64,000 nucleotides of DNA from Eledone cirrhosa. Lineage: Eukaryota. The stretch spans positions 74,896,001 to 74,960,000 of the forward strand of contig OZ024747.1 in the NCBI GenBank assembly GCA_964016885.1. The letters are read 5' to 3'. Position numbers and translations under genes: made by a program. Under the pieces are notes generated by a model. That model was not told where the DNA came from and did no database searches. It saw only the letters and a list, made by a program, of their open reading frames with translations. Below, in pieces: positions 56,257 through 64,000 of this stretch. Each line of letters starts with the position of its first letter. The stretch's first letter is position 1.

Positions 56257-57484
56257 GAAAATATAGAAATTAATGTGAGCAAAAAGCCAACAGTATTTCA
56301 TAATATATAAGTGACTATAACGACAAAATGGAAAATAATTAACGTAAGATATGGGAAAATAATTCAAACTCAATTCAAAAAATCAAGACAGAGATTTTAT
56401 CCACAGATTTTGTGAAATCCAGGGAAAAAAAACCAATAGAGTCTTAACTCAGAATAAAATAAAGTTTAAATACTCATCCTTCAATTTGGAAAAACTACAA
56501 ATGCTCTATATAGTCTTAAAAAGACTATTTCACGAAACTTTTCAGTGGTATTAGTCACAGTAGGAATTATATATATGTAAACAGGAATAGCAAAGCAAAC
56601 GACAGTATATATATATATATATAAATTTGCTCTTATTTTATAAACCACTACTATTACAAAGATACTTTAACTTACATATTTTTAAAATGTGTAATAAATT
56701 ATAAAAGCATATGTTCTGTGCTATAGTAGGTCAGAATGTAATTGCATTCATTGTCGTTCATGCAAGTTTAATCCTTTTGATACTAACACACCCTAGACTA
56801 ACTTACAATAGTTTCATACAAAACTATCTTATGTCATAAACTTCTTTTTAAAGTTGTCTCAAACACCTGCTTCACTTACCAATAAATGACAAGAGAACCT
56901 CTTTTCAATCACCCAATCTGCACCTCACCAAGGCACACACAACTGTGCTCAGTAATTTTGTATTACTAAATTCCTTGATATACAATCAGTCAGTGTAGAG
57001 ACATGGTAATGAAATGGTTAATATTTCATCTTAATTCACTGCTATTGTTGTTAGACATTTAAAATGCAAAGAAGCTGAACACAAACTAATCTTGCTGGCA
57101 GTTATCTAAACAATTGAGGTAACTGTGTTATTTATTTATTAGAGAAAGCTGAATAGTTAGCATGGGTTAGACCTAACAGTCAGGTGATCCCACCCCCACT
57201 CCTCCACTCTTACTTCCATTTATTATATTATAAATTCTTCCGAATTGCGATCGATGAAATCTTTTTTCAGTGAAATAGGATATTCTAAACAAATTGCTTT
57301 GAGGCTAACTAACGATATCTCTGATTAATTAGAATCTAATGTATGAGAAGAGTGAAATGCCTGAAGCTAAGTTCTTTCCTGATATTTCTCTTCCTCTTTA
57401 ATTCTATCATCAAGAACTAAGATATTTTATATTAAAGGTAGATGAATGTATTTCTCTTTTTTGAATTTTTGTTCTTTTAATTAA

Positions 57485-57532
<48 letters not shown>

Positions 57533-57796
57533 CTGAAAGCAAATAAGAACAATCTTCTTTTTCTGTTGATATTTCTATGTCAATGACAGATAAGAGACTA
57601 GAAAGGGAAATGTCACCATTAAAGATTCTTTGTTGGCAAGACAAAAACTATTTTTAAATTATTATTATTATTGTTTGGGAATTGATAGTAAATGGTTTTT
57701 AATTTTAATTTCATAGACATAACCAACAATTCAGAAAATTAAAAAAAAATTATAAATTATTTAACACAATATGATAAAAATCAAATGATGAATATG

Positions 57797-58153
57797 TTAA
57801 CCCTTTTGTTTTCATAGTTACAATAAATGAAACCCCATTATGTTTTTCAAATCATTTTGAAAATAATCAAGAATTTGGAGGGATTTAGTAACGGTTTCTG
57901 GTTTAGGCACAAGGCCAACAATTTTTGGGGAGGGGAAAAGTCGATTAAATCAACCCCCAGTGCATTACTGATACTTTATTTTATTGACCCTGTAAGGATG
58001 AAAAATAAAGCAGGATTTGAACTCAGAATATAAAGGGCTGTGACTCTATGCTATGAAGCATGTTATCCAATGCTACCAATACTACCAATAATTGTCTCAT
58101 TATCAAGCTGGTGTGTGGAACATAGCAAGTAGTTTGGCATCAAAAGGGTTAAT
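57797..58153. mobile_element. TTAA-type (piggyBac-like) MITE with nested SINE; related ends at ~170, 19310, 24430, 54015, 59270 and 63710
   Basis: TTAACCCTTTTG ... CAAAAGGGTTAA termini recur across the window. Confidence 0.55.
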
Positions 58154-59769
58154 AAGCATTGTCTAAATTTTAGAGTTGTACATATTTGGCAAGTGACTCA
58201 ATCATGTATTGAAATGGAAGCAATCACATTTTAGCCATTCCATTTCACACCAATTGTTGAGATTTCTGGTATTGTCTGTCTCTTGGCTGCTATTTTTCTT
58301 TCACCAAATTTTAACAATGATATTCCTGAGGAAGGAGCCTTGTGGAGTAAAATAGTTAATGTAACAGATATCACTTGCTGTTCTTTGTAGAAACACTTTT
58401 GCCATTTTTTCTACAGGGTGTAAGTCAAGATATGCTGTTCAACTGTGGGTATGGTGTCTCTTTAGTTTTCCTTTCTTTTTTCATTATATCTCCTTTATTT
58501 TTAATGCCGAAAAACTTTAAAAAGATTATTTGCAGATTTCCTTTTTTAAATAATTTTAATCACTTAAAGCCATTTTAACCCCCCCCCCCTGCTAAATAGT
58601 TACAGGATGTAAAGGGTTAATTTGCATTGGATCATATATCTTTATAACCAATGAGAAGGCACATAGAAGAGGTTGCGAGTTCTATTCTGGGGCTGAGTGA
58701 TGTGTTATGTCCTTGAGCAAGACACTTTATTTTACATTGCTTTTCCTGCCATGAATAGTGACTAGTAGATAGTATCAGCAATGGAAAGACCAATGGAAAC
58801 ATTATTTCCTTGGTCCGATTTGGCAGTATAAATAATAGAATGATGAAAGTCAATTTATAAAGCAAATACTAATATTATTTTCTATAGATCAAATAATTTA
58901 GCCTAAAATCAGTTAAAAGCTGGTGTCTTTAAATACAAGACGGCCTACCTGTATATTCAGGTGGAAGAACATGCATGATTCTATTAATTCATTTTTATAT
59001 TCACAAAGAAATTCAAAACGGAAATGCTGAGAATATGCCACTGGATACTAGAGTTGTTAAGATGCTTAAGTTTAGTCAGTCATATTGTTAATGGTTAAAT
59101 ATTCTGCCGCTAGCAATTATCCTTAATGATTTTGAATAATGAACATTATTCTTTTGGAATTAGTGTAATTAGCTGAGAAAATACACAGTGGTAATATCAT
59201 CTTGGATCTTGGAGGAGGTATGTCCACTTGTGAAATGACTTTTACTAAAATGCTCAAATATGAAATTTAACCCTTTTGGTACCAAATTGCCTGAAACTGC
59301 CCTGATTCTAGGATACAAGACTGTTTATTTGGGAATGTTTATTTGTATTTATCTAAAAAACTGTCCATCATAATTTGTGTCAGTTAGTGGTAAGAAACTC
59401 TTAGGAGAACTGGACAGCTAAAGATTTTCAGAAAAGAAACCACCCTCAAGCAAGGGTATCAACCTTTAACTTCTTATACTCGGGCCAGGCTGCATCCAAT
59501 TTCTTCTGTATAATCTATATATTCTTGATATGTTTCAAAATTATATAAAAATCATTGTCACTGTGTTTCTTTAAGAATATGATTATGAAAGCGTAAATGT
59601 AAAAATTTATTTTAAAATATGCTTTAAAAAATAAAATAATTCTTGAAAGCTGGAATATCTGAGAAAGATTTATTTTGTAGACATATTTAAATCATAATGT
59701 ACGAAATAGGGAAAGATGAAAAATCTGAGATAGAAAATTTATAGTTATTGTTTGTATTGATTTTTGACC

Positions 59770-60625
59770 TGTCAAGTGGTAGGAGACCCAGAAGTAGACC
59801 CTGAACAAGGTGTTTGGATAACATCCATGAGCTTGGCTGGTCTTGCTTGGGATCTAGCTGGATAACATCCATGAGCTTAGCTGGTCTTGCTTGGGATCTA
59901 GCTGGATAACATCCATGAGCTTGGCTGGTCTTGCTTGGGGATCTAGCTGGATAACATCCATGAGCTTGGCTGGTCTTGCTTGGGATCTAGCTGGATAACA
60001 TCCATGAGCTTGGCTGGTCTTGCTTGGGGATCTAGCTGGATAACATCCATGAGCTTGGCTGGTCTTGCTTGGGATCTAGCTGGATAACATCCATGAGCTT
60101 GGCTGGTCTTGCTTGGGGATCTAGCTGGATAACATCCATGAGCTTGGCTGGTCTTGCTTGGGGATCTAGCTGGATAACATCCATGAGCTTGGCTGGTCTT
60201 GCTTGGGGATCTAGCTGGATAACATCCATGAGCTTAGCTGGTCTTGCTTGGGATCTAGCTGGATAACATCCATGAGCTTGGCTGGTCTTGCTTGGGGATC
60301 TAGCTGGATCAATTGGAGACAATTGTTTCTGACAGGACCTGCTGGAAGGAGTATTTGAGGACTCTGCCCCCATGACCCTCTCGGGAATAAGTGGACAAAG
60401 AAGTCTTCTATAGACTATGATATTGCTCAATATAGTTTTATATTTACACTATATAGAGATTGAAGTAACAAGTAATCTATCAGTCACTGACATCCAATCT
60501 AATCCAGGGCCTTCTCACTCCCGATGAAAGAACCCCTCCCTGGTTGATCTTCACCGCTTTCTGATTAGTTTTGGTCATGTCTTCAGGTATGTAGCCATAC
60601 TCGCTACACTTGGCCAGTTGCAGGT
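59770..60625 (+). mobile_element. RTE-like LINE family B 3' fragment with internal tandem expansion and 3' extension
   Basis: GRRPRSRP remnant, then the 44/45-bp array, then GACAGGACCTGCTGGAAGGAGTATTTGAGGACTCTGCCCC and an extension shared with 11030-11260. Confidence 0.85.
59816..60309. repeat. 44/45-bp tandem repeat, about 11 near-identical copies, inside a LINE remnant
   Basis: Unit GGATAACATCCATGAGCTTGGCTGGTCTTGCTTGGG(G)ATCTAGCT with no spacers. Confidence 0.95.
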
Positions 60626-60834
60626 TGGTGAGACAATAGTGTTCAGTTGTAAAAGGAAAATAGAATTGATTGGAACATTTTGTTAGTTATTAAAAAGAAA
60701 AAAATAGTTGCATAATCTGTACTTCTTAGAAAATGCTAACAGAAAAGGTAGACTTTACATGTGACAGATGCACATGGTTGGTGGGTAGTAAGAAGTAGTT
60801 GATAGTTTCTGTTACATAGTAGATCTAATTATCA

Positions 60835-61140
60835 GTGGAGGAGGTTGCTCTTGACTATAAGAGGAATCAGATCTATTGTGGAAGAAAGAATGCACTGGTA
60901 TGTGATGCATATGGATGTTGAATAGTGGGTGAAGAAGTACCAGGAGATGCCCGTGAAAGGAAGCTGCAGTAGAGGAAGATTGGGAATAACTTGGGATAAT
61001 GTAGTTGTAGCTGATCTCAAAATGCTGTACCTTGCAGAGCAGATGATGAAGGAACAAGTGGAAGCGGCTGTGCAAGAAATGGCTCCTCTAACTCGTGCAA
61101 TTATTGAAAAAAAAAACCAACTATAAAATGGTGATTGATA
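60835..61140 (+). mobile_element. Degraded RTE LINE 3' fragment
   Basis: VKKYQEMPVKGSCSRGRLGITWDNVVVADLKML matches VKKCQEMPVEGRRGRGRPRKTWAEVVRTDLRSL of the 39.7-kb copy. Confidence 0.75.
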
Positions 61141-62744
61141 AGTGTTGAACACCTTTTATTTTGGCTGTTGGTGTATAACACCAACATTTTATCTCAATCA
61201 ACACTTGAATTTTCTCACTTTTATATCAGCGGTCTTACTAAGGTCACAATGGTTCACTTATGGTATCAACAAGCATAACCTACAAATAATCAGTCAAATT
61301 ATTATCTCTTTATATTTATATATATATATATAATAAACAAAAATTACTGGCAGTAGGCTAATGAAATATTATTAGTAAAGGCTAATATATTATAAATAGG
61401 AGGGAGGTTCACATACAGTTTGTTGAATTTAGAGGGTGGATTGTGAGTTGGCGTTCAGTTTATGGTGTTTGCTAAGTGTTTTGTGGACTGATCAGAGCAA
61501 TAATGGTTATATTTATGTATATATATATATATGTGTGTGTGTATGTGTGTGTGTATTTATATATATGTGTGTGTGTATGTGTATATATATTTAAATTAAA
61601 AGATATATGTACTAAGAGTGAGAGAAAGAGCTATATATTGTTTAAGAAACAGTATTTGGTACTCATATATAAAGCACATAATATTTAGGAAAAAGTACGT
61701 ACTTTAAGGAGGAAGAGTTATATATCTACACACACACACACACACATATATATCATTGTTTTTACGTTCATTTTTCCATGCTTGCATACACACACACAAA
61801 TATATATATCTATATATATACACCCACACACACATGCACACATTAGGTATATGCTAGCGTGGAAGATAGATGTTAAACGATGGTGATGATGATATAACAA
61901 TGATAATAATGGTTTCTTTATAACAATGATAATAATAATCTAAACTATAATAAAGTAAGGAGTGCAGGACTGCGTACGGTTTATAATTTTTTATCCCATT
62001 AGTAAAATAAGTTGGATTACTTTGAATAAATAGGGAATGAATATTACATAATTTATCTACTAAATTTCGTGGTTGTTGATTGAATATATTTTGTTTATTT
62101 AAAGATTCACTTCTTTAAAATTTCTGAAATGTCAACACTTCCGGTTGGCCATCGCTAAAATAAACATACTAATTTTCTGTCACTAATTTTCTCCTAATGC
62201 AGTTTATATATAATATCGTCTTTTTTAATGTATCATGGATTACGTTACTGATTAAATAAGACAGTGTAACGCAGTCTTCGTTCAATTTCTATGTATTATA
62301 TATTGTCAATTACGATTTTATTTGATGTATCATATCTACATGTATATATACTTGTGTATAATATCAATATACACACTACACATGCTAGCAGAAAACCACT
62401 AGAAGAGTGGTCTTTCTGCTAGTAATAATAATATATTGTTCGTTTTATTTCATGGACATGAAATATTGATAAAGTAATGTTTTGTTTACATTTATTGTCA
62501 TTTATTTATTAAAAAAATAAGATATTTATCTTTTTCTCTTGATAATCAGTTGTAATTTTCTCCAAGACACGTTTCATATTAACTGACTCGATACCTGCAG
62601 AGCAATATAGATTATCAGAAATATATTATTATTGTTATTTTTAAAATTATAGTTGATCTTTAGCAAAGGTCTTTTTACTTTCCATATATATATCGTCGCT
62701 TATTCAGCATTTCATTAGCAATCTCTGAGTTAATTTCCCCCCTC

Positions 62745-63125
62745 CTCCTCTCCTCTCACTTATTCCTGTGAGGGTTGTTGAGGCAGAGTCCTCAAATGTT
62801 CTTCCAGCAGGCCCTGTCAGAAGCAACCATCTCCAACTGATCCGGCTGGGCCCCCCCAAGCGAGACTAGCTAAGCTCATGAATGTTACCCAACGATCTTG
62901 CTTGGTGTCTACCCTTTGGTTTCCTGCTGGTTGGTTTTGCCCATAAAATCTGTCCAGCAATTCCTTCCTGAGACATTCTAACCACATCCCCATAGTATTG
63001 GAGCTGTGATCTCTCAATTTGGAGAAGTAGCAGCTCTACCTGGAGCAACTCTCTGACCTCCGAGCTACATACTCTATCGAGTAATGTTACTCTAAAGACC
63101 CTTCAGAGGAACTTCATTTCGGCCA
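62745..63125 (-). mobile_element. RTE-like LINE family B 3' fragment
   Basis: ORF 62866-63048 reads QVELLLLQIERSQLQYYGDVVRMSQEG..KPTSRKPKGR. Confidence 0.85.
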
Positions 63126-64000
63126 TTACTCTCATAACTGTTTAGCACACACACACCCCTTCCCCAGCCAACCCTGATTTTGATACTTGCCCAAGGTATC
63201 ACATAATGGGATTGAACATGAGACCACATGGCCACGAAGTGAGCTTCTTAACCAGACAGCCATACTTGCATCATTAAGTTAACTTAAAAAGGTGAAGTGT
63301 TTGCTCAATGGATAATGAAGGAAGAATTCAATTATAAAAGTTGGAATATTTCACATGTGATGGAGGAACATTTGAGAGAAAAATATATTTTCAAACCACT
63401 TGAATGGCAAATAATTAAATGTGTGCTTTGTGATCTGATTTAACAAAATAAACCAAAAGATGTTTTAGTAAACACATTAGTGTAGCTATTTAAAAAGATA
63501 AGATTTGTTATTTAACAGAAGACAACATGATATTAAGAGCTGGTGTATAATTATATAATAGAAAACAAATTTATTTTGGTATAATCATGTTAAGTTGGTC
63601 ATCTTCCCACTGTCATGACATGAAGGTTTTAAATAAAGCTGTTGCCATCACTGATTAATTATTCAAATATTGAGCTAACTCTTTGATATTGTGTGTATGA
63701 AAAAATTATTTTAACCCTTTTCATATTAAACTGCTTGAAACTGTTTTGGGTTCTGTGATACAAAGCTGTTTATTTTTAAAATGTTTATATTTACTCTCGG
63801 GTCCCAAATAATAGGTGGGTGGATGGAAATAAACAAGGGGGTTGGTATAAGTGGTAGGGTTGGAAAATCGGTAATTTTTCTAGGTTGACTCCCTGATATT
63901 TAAAAAAAAAAACAGAATTAGTCATTTAGTTTACATATTGAGACCCCCAACTAATCCTATTTATTTTATAATGTATGGGTTTTTTAGTAATGTACTTTTT

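Noticed and set aside
59816-60309. CRISPR-like regular array
   Set aside because: Head-to-tail repeats without unique spacers, derived from a LINE segment, with no cas genes and a eukaryotic context.

Overview
Very AT-rich, microsatellite-dense animal genomic DNA; the repeat content suggests an octopus or other coleoid cephalopod (inference, not a database match). No complete protein-coding gene, rRNA, true tRNA or CRISPR array was found, and nearly all tracked ORFs are translations of (TA)n/(TG)n repeats or transposon antisense frames. One credible host exon lies at 29188-29251 (+): it encodes a signal peptide (MRLPLRFFIILAVLVSPTWAE), ends in a phase-1 GTAAGT donor and sits in a SINE-poor island. 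The rest is transposon debris: two RTE-clade LINEs whose reverse transcriptase (RT) carries an inserted PHD-like zinc finger, other LINE fragments, tRNA-derived SINEs, a decayed mariner, MITEs, minisatellites and a 4.3-kb interrupted (TA)n array. The most notable pattern is a set of short non-coding elements embedded in (TA)n tracts. Several carry type I hammerhead ribozyme folds with palindromic stem III (one with an intact core, 45985-46043), most share a TTGAGTRC motif near the 3' end, and several have fold-back hairpins at the 5' end, consistent with non-autonomous Penelope-like elements. All calls were made by eye and boundaries are approximate.
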